64,000 nt of DNA from Ostrea edulis (GCF_947568905.1 NC_079168.1:33728001-33792000), one strand, 5' to 3'. Positions 1 to 15,429 are shown, numbered from the stretch's first letter. Translations and numbers: made by a program. The notes: a model not told the origin generated them from the sequence alone.

Positions 1-1128
1 AGGGACTTAAAGTCTGAATTTTTAGCCAGTCGATCTGATTGAGAAATGTCCATGCTTGGCTAGTCAGGTTAATTGACCAAATAGAAAGTATTTCATTGGA
101 ATGTTCACTTACAACTTTGTATGCTTTCTGAAATTGTTAAAAAGCTGTAAAGTAATTTCATATTTTGTCACCAACATTCTTATACATCATGAAATGAACA
201 TGGATTCCGAATGCAATTTTTGTGAAACATATGAAAAGTACTGGAAGAATGAGTGTGTTTATATGTGCATGTGTTACATCTAGTTCAATTGTCAACGTGT
301 GTCGTAAATTGATTTGTATCGTAGATGCCATTGATAGTGCATAAGTACGCAGGCTACATTCCATGTGGGTATTTCTGTAATGTGTAGAAGATGCATGTGG
401 TGAATCCATCTGTCTGTGTACAGGCCTTGACAAAAGCTCTACAGAGATACTATGGATGTTTATACGAGACACAGAAGATTTTTATAACCTGAGGGTACAT
501 GTCTTGTGTTAGTTCAAGGTCGTCTCTGGATTCGGACAAGGTCAGTGTATCAGATTGGTCCTGATGAGGGCTCATTTAAGACTCAGAGGTCATAAGACAC
601 TTAATCGGGTCACAGGAAAAGCAGATTTGCTCTGTATCTTTGTAACGAAGAAAGCTTGGATTCTTTGACTAAAGTTCCAATAACAGTGTGTCGCTTGATC
701 GAGCATGTAAATTTTACTCACTGATTGACTTTGATAAAAGTGAATTTTGATGCCTATACAATGCATTAATTCAATGTGATCAGTCACTGAGAACAAAAGT
801 AAAACCTATTTCATTGAAATCTATAGAAACCTCGCCAAAAATTTGCGCAAGTGATCAAGTGAAGTGACTCACTGTTGTTAGAACGATAGGACTTGCCCAT
901 AAAGAAGATATTGTCTAGGGCTTGAGGGTGTGTCAGACTGGAGACCAAGGATATTGAAAAAGGTCAAGGTTATACTGAAGAACAAAGTAAAAAAAAAAAA
1001 AGGTGGGATCGTTTGTGAAAGTAATTCATTGCCATGAAACAGTATTTTCAGCATATTAAGAATAAATTTCTCAGCAAGCCAAAACGCAGCATTATTTTCA
1101 GGGTTGAAATGATGCTCCCCCTACTTCA

Positions 1129-1523
1129 CGATACGATACGTACAGCAATACTTATGCCATGGTTCAATATTTCCTACTATACGATACATATAGCAATACT
1201 TATGCCACGGTTCAATATTTCCTGCTTCACGATATGATACGTATAGCAATACTTAATTATGCCATGGTTCAATATTTCCTACTATACGATACATATAGCA
1301 ATACTTATGCCACGGTTCAATATTTCCTGCTTCACGATATGATACGTATAGCAATACTTATGCCACAGTTCAATATTTCCTGCTTCACGATATGATACAT
1401 ATAGCAATACTTATGCCACAGTTCAGTATTTCCTGCTATACAATACATATAGCAATACTTATGCCACGGTTCAATATTTCCTGCTTCATGATATGATACA
1501 TATAGCAATACTTACGCCACGGT
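1129..1523. repeat. Minisatellite, about 8 units of 48/53 bp (core tagcaatacttatgccacggttcaatatttcct)
   Basis: Direct tandem repeats visible by eye. Confidence 0.9.
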
Positions 1524-2025
1524 TGTTAGCTTTGAGTCTGACAAAAACAATTATTTATAATGAACTAATCTGTGTGAACTACACAGCCAACAGGCATGTT
1601 ACCGTTCAGTGGTTTGGAAACGGTTTACTTTTGAAATTGTGACAGACTCAAGGCTAACAACAGTCTGACCATTATCAGGTGCCATATTGCCCCTCGTGCA
1701 TGTAAAAATAATAAGTACTAGCTGTCAAGCCCAATGTATTTTACCAAACCCGATTTTTTAAAATGGGTCAAACTGGAGATCGAGGCTATGAATCAAACTT
1801 TGAATCAAGCGTTTACATTGAACAATATTGATAATTCGGTGAATTGTTTCAGCCCTATTCAGCATAATTTAAAGTATTTCTTAGCATTCTCGTAATTCAG
1901 GGTTTTATCCAGCTCTTAGCTTTTACTACCCATTTCATACTGAATATGAATTTTTAAGAATCAGGGATTAGCTCACAAGGATAAAGGTCATGGGGCAACC
2001 CTTCTGAGACTACAATATCTCTAAA

Positions 2026-2297
2026 CACCCTGGGGATCTGGGTTAGAATAGCTAGGTCCTCCCCTTGCTTGTCATAAGAGGCGACTAAATGGGGTGCACC
2101 ATGGTCCTTTGGACGAGACTGCAAAAACTGAGGCCCTGTTTCACAGCAGGTGTGGCACGATAAAGATACTTTCCTTCTTAAAGGCCATAAGCGCCGAGCA
2201 AAGGCGTAAATTTTGCAGCCATTCACCGGCAATGGTGACGTCTCCATGTGAGTGAAAAATTCTTGAGTGATATGTTAAACAATATATAACTAACCAT
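2026..2297 (+). mobile_element. SINE-like interspersed repeat (central/3' part) of a common bivalve family
   Basis: Core cacagcaggtgtggcacgataaaga..aaaggccataagcgccgagc..ggtgacgtctccatgtgagtgaaaaattct; a related diverged copy lies at about 5.2-5.5 kb. Family assignment is from memory, not from a search. Confidence 0.7.
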
Positions 2298-5171
2298 CAT
2301 TTCATAGTGTGTGTTTTTAGGATCAAATTAAGAAAATTTTGAAAGTAATTATATATTTTGTAAATTCAATATTAAATAAATCATAATTGATACACAAACA
2401 AGCAATGGAATTGCAATGATGACATGCTATGTCATATGCTGGCAGCTGCTATAGGTCTGCACTGTACATATTTCCCCTTGCTGCTATAGGTCTGCACTGC
2501 AATTTTTCCTTATAAAACGGACAAAAACTAGAAGAAAATTCTATTGTAAGAGAAGTATTAAAAATCACAATAAAATATATGGGGGCTTTTAATTTTTGTA
2601 AATGGAAAATACTGAGAGTGGGTGTCTAATTTGGATATATGACTGCTTATGAGGAAGAATAAAGTAATTATATATGAATACTTAAATGACATTGAGATCA
2701 AAATACAGTGAATATTTCTAGATTAAAATTCTGTTTTGAAAATATTCTAATATCGACAGACATGAACAAGTGTGTCCTATCAGAAATATGAAAATAGTTC
2801 CACTGTTGGACTACCAAATGATGACATGTTTGTTGTATTTTACAAGGCAGATGTCATTGTATGTATGCGTGTTTGCATACATGTGTCAACACAGTATTTT
2901 TATGTGCTTTTACCACAGCTGCTAACTATGTTGTACAAATGTGGACTTAGCAGATTAAGAATTGTTCAACATACAATATAGCATATCTGTGGAAGAAAAG
3001 GAGGATTTAATCTGGAATTTCTGTTAGAAAGCAAACTCAACACAGAACTTCTAACATCTAAGTTCCAAAAAATGAATTCTTAGACAGATATCCGAGGCAT
3101 TTTTTTTCATGCGTTATTGAGTCGGGATTGATGTATAGTACCATGATATATTGTATTTGCCCGATTTATTGCCACTCCTTCTATGATATAAGCAAAACAA
3201 GTTAATTAAAATATCGCCAACTTTTCAGTATGTGTTCAGCTATACTTGAATTCCTAGGATCGAGTTAATTTTGTCATAGCCTATAGTGGTTAATGGTTAA
3301 TTGCAAGCACGAAGCCTAGGATCATTTGAGCTCTAAGTAAATATGAACTGATTTTTATACTGGGAAATGGCGATCTGCCCCTGCTTCAAGAATACTGATC
3401 TCTTCTTTTATTGTGAATTTCGCTTTTTAAATTCTTGGAATGGTGTGAGCTATATCGGTAATATTAGTAATACTATTTCTAACGCTTTCAGTTGTACTAT
3501 TGATACTTGGATTTCGTGGGTGAAAAAAACAACAACAAAGAAACTTGTTGAGGTGCATGTAGAATGTGTCAATATGTTGACTTCAGAGTACTGACGGAAC
3601 ACGTGGATTTTATATCTATTTAAAGAAACACCAGGTGATAATACCTGATTAGTTTTCAGTTACTTACGGTAATTGTGTTACAAGAAACAGAATATAAGAT
3701 ACTTCTTATAGCCTTTCTGTAGTAACATATTTCAATGATATATGAAAAATACGTTTTACTAAAGAATATAATGCCATTATATTATTTCATGGAAATTAAG
3801 TCTTGCGAATAATAAGTGAATTAAAACTGGATGTAATTGTTTCCAATGTGTACATATGTGAGTGATAATAAAACAGGCTGAAAATGAGTGCAGACTCTTT
3901 TGAAATTGCAAAATAGTTTAAGTTTTTTAGGACATGTGGCGTTTCTCAATAATATACAATTTTTTGTGACATTTCAGGTACAATGCACTTGGATTCTGTG
4001 TTGTTCCTATACATTAAAAAAAACAAAACAAAAAAAACAAAACCTTGGGATTATATAATCATTAAGTCTGTTTTAAAGTTAGGATGTTTTAATAGTTCCT
4101 TATTATTGCAAGTAAAAATTTAATGTCAACTCTTTTGTATTACAGAAGGTTGTTTATTACATACCCATCAATAATCCGTGTTCGAATGCTGTCACAGCTA
4201 GATCACGGAGTGTGATCCGACTGGATGATCATGTCTCTGAAACTGATGATGTCACAATATATTAACAGACTTTTTTTGTGGAAAATGATCGACTGACGTG
4301 TCACAAACAAAACTGTATACACAAAAAATAATTTCCCTGAATGTTTGTCTCTTTGATAATTTGGAATACATTCATAAATATCATATAAATGTGTGTTTAA
4401 AAATTCATAAGGGGGTATTTGATAAATTTATCATTACTCTACAGCAACTTGATCCAAAGAGTTGGATTACATCTCATTGACAGGCGTGGATCATCAGATC
4501 TGAAACGGTCAACTCATGTTATCAGACCGATCAAGTTAACATATAGTAATAATATGTATATATATACATATGAATGTGCACATTATGATGTCATTATAGC
4601 CAATTTTAAATCTTTGGATCAATCAGAGATTAAACTTGCATTACTAATTAACTTGCATTAAACAGGCCAATACCATACAATTTAACCCTATTTTGTAAAT
4701 TATGGAAGAACTCTGGGTATCAAGGAAACAAAAAAAAGTTTTAGAAATAAATGGCAGAAATTCGTATACAACCTTAAATGCCAGTAATAAGAACATTGGA
4801 AGTTTAAAGAAGAGGCATCAATATTTGTTTATTGTTACAGTACATGTATGTGATTAAATGCTAAGTACTTATACATGTAATTGTGCATATAATTTTCACT
4901 GCAGATGCTGATAAGTTGGGTGAGGGTGCTAGACATGCATGGCTATCATTTACATCATACTGTCAAACTCTCTCATCCTTTAAATATTGAATTTTATTTT
5001 TTATCAATTTAGGTAGATTGTTTGAATAAAATAAAGTAACCTTGGTTTGAGAGATTTTAAGGCCATCCTTAAAAGATTGTTATTATAATGCAGCATATAA
5101 TTTTATTATCAAAGAGGTGCAGGAAGATAATTTTTTGTAGTCAGCCAAAATTACGATTGCAGTATGTATTT

Positions 5172-5517
5172 TATTGGTTAAAGCATTTGTTTCATGACCA
5201 AAAAGGTCGTGGATTCTTGTTAGTTCCTAGGTGTCATCAAACCTAATATGTAAAATAAGTAGTGTTGACTGCTTCAACAATTTTATTTTATGCTCCTCCG
5301 ATGTAGTAGTGAGAGTCTCAGGTCTTTCGGATGAGACCTTAAAAATGGAGGTCCAATATTACAGCAGGCATTGACACACTAAAGAACTCTCACTGCCATA
5401 ACTCCGAGTGCCATATTTAATAGGTCTGAATTTGTGGCACTTCACCTACAGTCCTGATGTCTCAATAGAGTGAAAAATTCTCAACGTAAGTGACGTAAAA
5501 CACATGAACAAGAAACT
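5172..5517 (+). mobile_element. Degenerate tRNA-derived SINE, same family as the 2.0-kb copy
   Basis: tRNA-like head remnant (ggttaaagc...ggtcgtggattc), then tttcggatgagacc..cacactaaagaactctcactg..gatgtctcaatagagtgaaaaattctc shared with 2026-2297. Confidence 0.6.
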
Positions 5518-5886
5518 TTAAAAGCGATTTAGTATTATATGTCGGGGATAAATTGGTCACATAAACTACAGGAAATCAACAATCTGTAAGATTAATTAGA
5601 ACACATCAAAGAAAAATTTATTTGTTGGGTTTATGTATAATATTCCTTAAATGACATTAAACCTATAGTTGTTTTCTTGACTGCTCCATCAACACATTTT
5701 TATACACTATCATAATGCAAGTATTTGAAAACTGAGAGATTCAATACTTCAACTCTTCTGAGGGACTTCATTGTAAATGCACTAATAGTGCACACAATAT
5801 ATAGCTCTACTAGATGTACATGCATATAATTATTAAATACCATAGCAATAGTCCATAATGTTTGAAATTTTGTCACGTTAACTTTG

Positions 5887-8279
5887 ATGATTTAATATAT
5901 GAGTATAATGTAAATTGTAATATTACATTCTTAATGATTTAATATATATGAGTAATGTAAATTGTAATATTACATTCTTAATGATTTAATATATATGAGT
6001 AATGTAAATTGTAATATTACATTCTTAATGATTTAATATATATGAGTAATGTAAATTGTAATATTACATTCTTAATGATTTAATATATGAGTAATGTAAA
6101 TTGTAATATTACATTCTTAATGATTTAATATATATGAGTAATGTAAATTGTAATATTACATTCTTAATGATTTAATATATGAGTAATGTAAATTGTAATA
6201 TTACATTCTTAATGATTTAATATATATGAGTAATGTAAATTGTAATATTACATTCTTAATGATTTAATATATATGAGTAATGTAAATTGTAATATTACAT
6301 TCTTAATGATTTAATATATATGAGTAATGTAAATTGTAATATTACATTCTTAATGATTTAATATATATGAGTAATGTAAATTGTAATATTACATTCTTAA
6401 TGATTTAATATATGAGTAATGTAAATTGTAATATTACATTCTTAATGATTTAATATATATGAGTAATGTAAATTGTAATATTACATTCTTAATGATTTAA
6501 TATATGAGTAATGTAAATTGTAATATTACATTCTTAATGATTTAATATATATGAGTAATGTAAATTGTAATATTACATTCTTAATGATTTAATATATATG
6601 AGTAATGTAAATTGTAATATTACATTCTTAATGATTTAATATATATGAGTAATGTAAATTGTAATATTACATTCTTAATGATTTAATATATATGAGTAAT
6701 GTAAATTGTAATATTACATTCTTAATGATTTAATATATGAGTAATGTAAATTGTAATATTACATTCTTAATGATTTAATATATATGAGTAATGTAAATTG
6801 TAATATTACATTCTTAATGATTTAATATATGAGTAATGTAAATTGTAATATTACATTCTTAATGATTTAATATATATGAGTAATGTAAATTGTAATATTA
6901 CATTCTTAATGATTTAATATATGAGTAATGTAAATTGTAATATTACATTCTTAATGATTTAATATATGAGTAATGTAAATTGTAATATTACATTCTTAAT
7001 GATTTAATATATATGAGTAATGTAAATTGTAATATTACATTCTTAATGATTTAATATATATGAGTAATGTAAATTGTAATATTACATTCTTAATGATTTA
7101 ATATATGAGTAATGTAAATTGTAATATTACATTCTTAATGATTTAATATATATGAGTAATGTAAATTGTAATATTACATTCTTAATGATTTAATATATGA
7201 GTAATGTAAATTGTAATATTACATTCTTAATGATTTAATATATATGAGTAATGTAAATTGTAATATTACATTCTTAATGATTTAATATATATGAGTAATG
7301 TAAATTGTAATATTACATTCTTAATGATTTAATATATATGAGTAATGTAAATTGTAATATTACATTCTTAATGATTTAATATATATGAGTAATGTAAATT
7401 GTAATATTACATTCTTAATGATTTAATATATGAGTAATGTAAATTGTAATATTACATTCTTAATGATTTAATATATATGAGTAATGTAAATTGTAATATT
7501 ACATTCTTAATGATTTAATATATGAGTAATGTAAATTGTAATATTACATTCTTAATGATTTAATATATATGAGTAATGTAAATTGTAATATTACATTCTT
7601 AATGATTTAATATATGAGTAATGTAAATTGTAATATTACATTCTTAATGATTTAATATATGAGTAATGTAAATTGTAATATTACATTCTTAATGATTTAA
7701 TATATATGAGTAATGTAAATTGTAATATTACATTCTTAATGATTTAATATATGAGTATAATGTAAATTGTAATATTACATTCTTAATGATTTAATATATG
7801 AGTAATGTAAATTGTAATATTACATTCTTAATGATTTAATATATGAGTAATGTAAATTGTAATATTACATTCTTAATGATTTAATATATGAGTATAATGT
7901 AAATTGTAATATTACATTCTTAATGATTTAATATATATGAGTAATGTAAATTGTAATATTACATTCTTAATGATTTAATATATGAGTAATGTAAATTGTA
8001 ATATTACATTCTTAATGATTTAATATATGAGTAATGTAAATTGTAATATTACATTCTTAATGATTTAATATATGAGTAATGTAAATTGTAATATTACATT
8101 CTTAATGATTTAATATATGAGTAATGTAAATTGTAATATTACATTCTTAATGATTTAATATATATGAGTAATGTAAATTGTAATATTACATTCTTAATGA
8201 TTTAATATATATGAGTAATGTAAATTGTAATATTACATTCTTAATGATTTAATATATGAGTATAATGTAAATTGTAATA
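5887..8279. repeat. Very AT-rich satellite, 45-47 bp unit (atgatttaatatatatgagtaatgtaaattgtaatattacattctta), about 52 copies
   Basis: Highly homogeneous array; units differ mainly by one TA dinucleotide. Confidence 0.97.
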
Positions 8280-10357
8280 TGTATTATATTCTTGCATAAA
8301 AGACAGCTTAGATTCCTGTCAGAACTCTTTTTTTAATGATCAGTTTTATTTATCAAGAAAGTTAAGGATACATGGTTTTGATTTTGAATTTTGTTTTTTG
8401 AGTTCTTACATGAACATATATTACTACCTCTATTATAATTTATCACCCTTTCTGGTCTGAGATAAATGATCAATCTATTTTAATTAGTATATTATATAGA
8501 TGAAATGTTAATACGTAGAACTTTGAAGCACTGCAAGCATTAAGAATTTTATGAAAAATTGCAAAACCTGAAGCAGATAAAAGTTTGTACAGCATTAATA
8601 ATCACTACAATAGGAGAGATACTGGTTTCATTGTTTATATTACATCTAAAGTTGACTCTCAGCCCTCTGATTGCAGTATTTATGTTTCTATATATATGGA
8701 GACTGGAATTCCAGCTGGTTATTTGTCTAAAGTGAAGTATATTGATTTTCAATACTTTTCAAGGTCTTCTAAATGCACTCAGAATAAAAACAACTCATCT
8801 TGCACAACCAGACAAGCTATACTCTTAAATGGACCTCTTGCATTCTGAATTATTTTAATATTATTTTTTTCTGTGTCTCAAAATGGATTTTCTTTCTTTT
8901 GTATCTAAATGATCATCTCCCTCTTTTTGTGGTCTTTTCCTTTGGATAAAAAGTGCATTAATGATGGGCTGGGCATCAATGATTAAAATTACTTTCGACT
9001 CAATCAGGGGAGATAAGTGAGGCTGAGTTTTTTTTTTTTTTTTTATAAAATTGCAATTGTACAACATTTCTCTTTGATTTAAACAATATCTGGGTATTTT
9101 GGAAGGTTGGACTGTATAAATTTGGCTTTGATATTTAAAAAAAAAATTCTTTGGAATTTTTATGCATATTGTGGTGGAGAGGATGAGTCGTAGTTATGAA
9201 ATATTTTGATTGATTGAAGGAGAGATGTTTTTGTGGGGATTTAAGTTTCTAGACATAAAGGGGGAAAAAATCGGTGGACGAGTCAAAAAGTGTGTCAGCG
9301 TGCAAATAGAAAAAAAACATCTCATGCTTCCCAATGCAAAACAAGCGTGAATTGATTTTTTCTGTTGTGCTTAGCTACTCGACTGAATTTATTTCTGTTA
9401 GGTGACCTTAACCCAAACCATTTCACAAAGGATCTGGCATTTAAATTTAGATAATGCAAAGATAATATTTCATCAGAACATGGGAGTTGTTTACAATGAG
9501 CAGGGCTTATAGATCACACAAAAATATGGCTGTTTTTTTTTTCATTCATAAGGGTGCAACATTCCAGTTGAAATTTATATTTTTGAGAAAAAGGGATATA
9601 TTATATGAAGGTAACATGTACATGAAATTAACACACCAAATTATCATTAATGAAAACTGTTGGTGTGTGTGCAAATTAAAAATTTTGCTTTTTTTTTTTG
9701 ATAAGAAAAAATCAAACTTATATGCAGTACTGCAGAATTTAAACACATGATCTAGAGATTCATTGGAAGCCTATAAACTCCTGAAACCAGTGAGGTCACC
9801 AGATAAAAGGAATAAAGAGGAATAAAGATGGACATGCAATGAATATATTTCTGATTTTATTTTTTCATTTGTAGCGTACTAATCTGGGATAGTTTGTTAA
9901 TCCTTCTAATATTTGACTTGGATTTCTCGAAAAAATCATGAGCTTAAGTTTGAGTTTTCTTTAATTTGAGCAGTCAAAATTTGAGTAAAATCTCTGACTT
10001 AATTGTCTGGTCTCTCATGTGATAGGTTAGTTGCGATTTAAATATTGATCCTGATCGAGGAAGAATCCGATTTAAATAAACGGGGGTAAAATGCTGATTT
10101 TGCATCCTAATTTATTTTAGATTTGAGAACTTCAATTTGATGTTAAAACGAGATTATGTGCAATGTCGGAAATCTTTTAACAGTCCAAATCAAGAGGCTT
10201 CTAAAAAAAAATTCTATATAAATAAAATGAACATTAAAATGCTAGTTACATGTATTTGTTTCCATAAACATATCAAACTGGATGGCCTGGTGGTTTGCAC
10301 TGGGTACTTAAAATGATTCAAACCCAATAGGAATCAGTAGCATTCTTTATCATGATT

Positions 10358-11250
10358 AACTCCTGTTCCAGTAGGAATCAGGAACAGTAACTCCTGTTCC
10401 AGTAGGAATCGGGAACAGTAACTCCTGTTCCAGTAGGAATCAGTAACAGTAACGCTTGTTCCAGTAGGAATCAGTAACAGTAACTCCTGTATCAGTAGGA
10501 ATCAGTAACAGTAACTCCTGTATCAGTAGGAATCAGTAACAGTAACTCCTGTATCAGTAGGAATCAGTAACAGTAACGCTTGTTCCAGTAGGAATCAGTA
10601 ACAGTAACTCCTGTTCCAGTAGGAATCAGTAACAGTAACTCCTGTTCCAGTAGGAATCGGGAACAGTAACTCCTGTATCAGTAGGAATCAGTAACAGTAA
10701 CGCTTGTTCCAGTAGGAATCAGTAACAGTAACTCCAGTTCCAGTAGGAATCAGTAACAGTAACTCCTGTATCAGTAGGAATCAGTAACAGTAACTCCTGT
10801 ATCAGTAGGAATCAGTAACAGTAACACTTGTTCCAGTAGGAATCAGTAACAGTAACTCCTGTTCCAGTAGGAATCGGGAACAGTAACTCCTGTTTCAGTA
10901 GGAATCAGTAACAGTAACGCTTGTTCCAGTAGGAATCAGTAACAGTAACTCCAGTTCCAGTAGGAATCAGTAACAGTAACTCCTGTATCAGTAGGAATCA
11001 GTAACAGTAACTCCCGTTCCAGTAGGAATCAGTAACAGTAACTCCTGTTCCAGTAGGAATCAGTAACAGTAACTCCTGTATCAGTAGGAATCAGTAACAG
11101 TAACTCCCGTTCCAGTAGGAATCAGTAACAGTAACTCCTGTATCAGTAGGAATCAGTAACATTAACTCTTGTTCCAGTAGGAATCAGTAATAGTAATTAA
11201 CTCCTGTTCCAGTAGGAATCGGTTACGGTAGCGCATGTTCCAGTAATCAG
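10358..11250. repeat. Minisatellite, 31-bp unit (aactcctgttccagtaggaatcagtaacagt), about 29 copies
   Basis: Period 31 checked directly. Confidence 0.95.
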
Positions 11251-11992
11251 TAACTTTCTTTATATTGATTAATTCCTGTTACTCCTTAGCTGTAATGGCA
11301 TCAATCATTCTGTGAATTAAGGTTGATGGTAAAAAGTATCCCCCCCCCCCTAATAAATTTCGGTTTTTTTATACAAATTATGTATAATTTAAACTTTTTA
11401 AAATTGGGTGAAAATTTAATGTAAAATGAGTAAACCATTGGTTTCTTGTTAAATTGATGAACGAGAGGTCATTGTAGCAGGGTATCTGATGAACGACACC
11501 CAGGGATTGGAATCTTTAACCACAAATATTTTGGGTGTTCACGGGTTGTATCTGTTTGAGGAGTGGTTATGTAAACAAAGGCTATTTGGATGTAAATTTA
11601 AGAGACTTTATGTTAATAGGACGTAATAATTTGCAGCTAAAATACCAGTTATAGATCTTAGAAACAAAAAAACCAACCCAAAACCCATAAAAATTTTGAT
11701 TGACAGTGATCAATTCTGTAAAATTTTAAATTGAACATATATGTATATAATATTCTGAATTGAATATAAGAAGTCATCAACTCATCATGTAATTCACTTT
11801 ACATCAGATAATTTTGCATGTTGGAAAAATTGGTTTTCTTGGTTGATGATGAAAATTCACCTACACTAAAAGCACAAAAGTTTTTGTTTAATCATAATAT
11901 CTATAAATCACAATTGCACCAAAGTTTGGGAAGAATTTAGCATGAACAATTAAAACTACTTTTTAAAAAGATTAATAATCCTGACGCCATTG

Positions 11993-12455
11993 TGAATTAC
12001 ATACCTCATGGCATCTGTACAATATTTCATGTGAATTACATATCCCATGATGTACAATATTTCATGTGAATTACATACCCCATGATGTACAATATTTCAT
12101 GTGAATTACATACCCCATGGTGTACAATATTTCATGTGAATTACATACCCCATGATGTACAGTATTTCATGTGAATTACATACCTCATGATGTACAATAT
12201 TTCATGTGAATTACATACCCCATGGTGTACAATATTTCATGTGAATTACATACCTCATGATGTACAATATTTCATGTGAATTACATACCTCATAATGTAC
12301 AATATTTCATGCGAATTACATACCGGCCATGATGTACAATATTTCATGTAAATTACATACCCCATGATGTACAATATTTCATGTGAATTACATACCTCAT
12401 GATAAACAGTATTTCATGTGAATTACATACCCCATGATGTACAATATTTCATGAA
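11993..12455. repeat. Minisatellite, 35-bp unit (tgtacaatatttcatgtgaattacataccccatga), about 13 copies
   Basis: Period 35 checked directly. Confidence 0.95.
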
Positions 12456-14200
12456 TAATAAAGTAGATTGGTAGAAGCATTGAAAACAATTCAAATGAAA
12501 AATTACAGAAAATTGTGGTAAAATTGTTTGTAAATAATGAAAGAATATACCATGCAATGTATCAACTAAAACCACAGAACATTTACCAAAGGTGTTAGTA
12601 ATTTTTAATGAATAAATTTGCTGTTTCAGGTGGTACACTATGTGCAGACACATAGAGAATGGCATGAAATCATGCAACAGAAAGGTGTATCATTTTTATT
12701 ATAAACTTTAACAATTAAAATTAAGAATGCTAAATAATGTAATTTGAAGAATTTGTTTTGTATATATTACAATATCTTTAAACTCAAGAATAGACAAAGA
12801 AACTATTTCACAAATTCATGAAAAACATGGAAAAACATAATTAAGTGTAACTCAATATGAATGTTTTTTTTTCTCATTTTTATAAAGATACATTAAGAAT
12901 TTTGTTGGAACTTAAGTTGTCAAATAGCCTTCCTGTCTTATTGAGGAACACTTGTATAATGCTTTTTTAAATCTGGTTTAATGAAATACCCTCAAAGTCT
13001 AGGGTAGCTGCTTACAAATGGACTGTTTCTCTAAACAAACCCAGCGTAATCAGGCATGATGACTTATTCCATGCAGCTTTAAATTAGGAAGATCAATAAG
13101 AATGACTTTGTGTTTTGAATGTGAAAAATATGTTTTCAAGGTCATAGTACAAGACCACACTGTGTATTAAATATCAGTCAGTGTGAATTTTTTTAACAGA
13201 GATTTTAAAACAATGCACGGAGATTACTTTGTTTGATATTTAAAAAAAAACATTAACCCAAAACACGGGATTTTTTGTTTCAATTTTTTGTACTGAGAAA
13301 ATTCAGCAGATTTGAGATTGATTTTTATAAAACTCTTAAATAAAACTCATTTGATTTCTTATAAAGTAATATTGAATTACCGCCCAGTTTGAACTGGCTA
13401 TACCTCAGTTGAGAAATAAAACAATGTTATGATAGAGTAATTACATTTCTGGCCCTGAACATTTCTGATATATTAAGACAAAGTTGCACTATAAACAATT
13501 TATACATTGATACTTATTGTTTAAGTGTGTAGACAAGATACTATTAGAAATGATGATTGCCATGTATGTAAAATTTACATACTGGATCTAAAACATGGGA
13601 TGAAACTTAAGTTTTGACACATATTGATTAATTCAAGTATTGTTTGGGATGAATAATTTCTTCCTCCTTTGTCTGGATATTAGGTTTGTAAATAATTACA
13701 AAACTAGAAATTCACCATTCATTCAGTTCAAATGGCAAAGAACAAGTAGTGAGAGGATCAATATTTTGAAAAACTACCAGATGTGAAACATATGTATTTG
13801 TAAATCTCTGAGAAAAAAAAGTCTTCTGAGGCAAATTGTGAAAATAAATAGTGATTGAATAGATTGCTGGATAATGCGAAGAACAATGAGAACTGCACGT
13901 AGAATCGGCAGCCATTACAATGTGACCGCCCACACATGCTCAGTAGTGGTGTATCTTCCACCAGTCTTTAGCACTGTTCTGTCAGGGCACAGCGGCATTT
14001 TCAGTATTAATTGATACAACTTCTCTAAATCAATAGTCTTTGTTGCCCCTAGACAAAAGCGAAAGTGGAAATCCTACCAGAGAAGCTCCATTAAGTCAGA
14101 TCATCCATTGTATTAAGATTTTGTAGAAAAGTGAAAGTAATCAATGATTTAAATATCAGGTTCCAAGATTTGTTTGCATTTATTAACAGATATATTTAAG

Positions 14201-14338
14201 AAATAAATTTCATTTTTGAAAATACATGAGTGCCTGCACTGTGTTACTTTGAACCAGCATGCTTCATTAAGAGTGTTAGCTTTCATGAAAAGTGTTGCTG
14301 TTCATACCCTCATGTATTTTCAAAAATGAAATTTATTT
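14201..14338. mobile_element. Short inverted-repeat element (MITE-like) with 30-bp perfect arms
   Basis: aaataaatttcatttttgaaaatacatgag ... ctcatgtattttcaaaaatgaaatttattt. Confidence 0.7.
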
Positions 14339-14952
14339 TTTATATTCACATTTTACTTTCGTTTCTGAATCTTTCCAAATGTTAAAATAATTGGACTGCA
14401 TTCCTCAGGTTTCATACGCATATTATTCACATTCATGAGGAAATGGCTATCATTTCAATTGGTATAATATATTATAAATATATATCTGTGTGTACACTTA
14501 ATGTCTAGCTCTTTATATCCATTAATCATAAATCTTTGCCCATATCAGGCATTTTCAAGCATGGTCTCTATTGGTTTACACAGTCCCTTTTCATGTGGAC
14601 CCATGCAATAACCATAGTAAGTGACATTGATCTCTGACCCTGCAGTATAGAGGGAGGTTTGTATTGGTGCTGAAAGCATGAAGACCAGGGCAGTATAACC
14701 TTGACATGATTTTTGAATCTGGGTTTTCATATATCACTGAAAGAGATTTTTGCAGGTGTTTAGTCGTTAGTGGAGTCCAATTAATAAAATGCTGAAGGAA
14801 ATTGTAAATTGATTTAGTATACAGCTGCAGGTATTTAGTGTAACTAACAGGATAAACCAGTATTAGTAACATCTTTAGGAACAGATCGGGTGTTTTAGAT
14901 GTTACACAAATATCAAACCAAATGTACAGATCGAGACATGTAATGAATTATA

Positions 14953-15429
14953 CAGTACCTGGCCATATTAGTGAGTCATTTCATTTTTTCACTATATATT
15001 TCATTGAAAAGTGCATTTTGAAACAACTTATTGCTGCGTTAAATGTAGGTTATTTGTATATAGATATAATATAGAAAAATACAGAATTGTTTGTAGTTTC
15101 TTCACATGATTTCAAAATAATTCTATCCTTGGGTGCTGCCGTGAAATCACATGCCAAATGCAAAATTGAAATTTACGGCACAAATTTGTAAAGAAATTAT
15201 AGTACTTTGAAGTTAAAAAATTTCCTTGATGATTTCATAAATATTCTCATGAATGATCATGATATCACAGTTTCCTTAGCATCATTGGAAACGAAAATTT
15301 GAACAATATATTGCATAATAATTAAGTGAAAAAATTATAACCTAACACAATAAGTTTTATAGAAATTATTTTTTCAATGAAATATATAGTGAAAATATCA
15401 AACAATGACTCACTTATGGCCAGGTAGTG
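14953..15429. mobile_element. Tc1/mariner-type MITE
   Basis: TIRs cagtacctggccatattagtgagtcatt / aatgactcacttatggccaggtagtg, flanked by TA on both sides. Confidence 0.8.

Noticed and set aside
8553-8734. Hydrophobic reading frame that might be a signal peptide
   Set aside because: No in-frame ATG and no good phase-1 donor.
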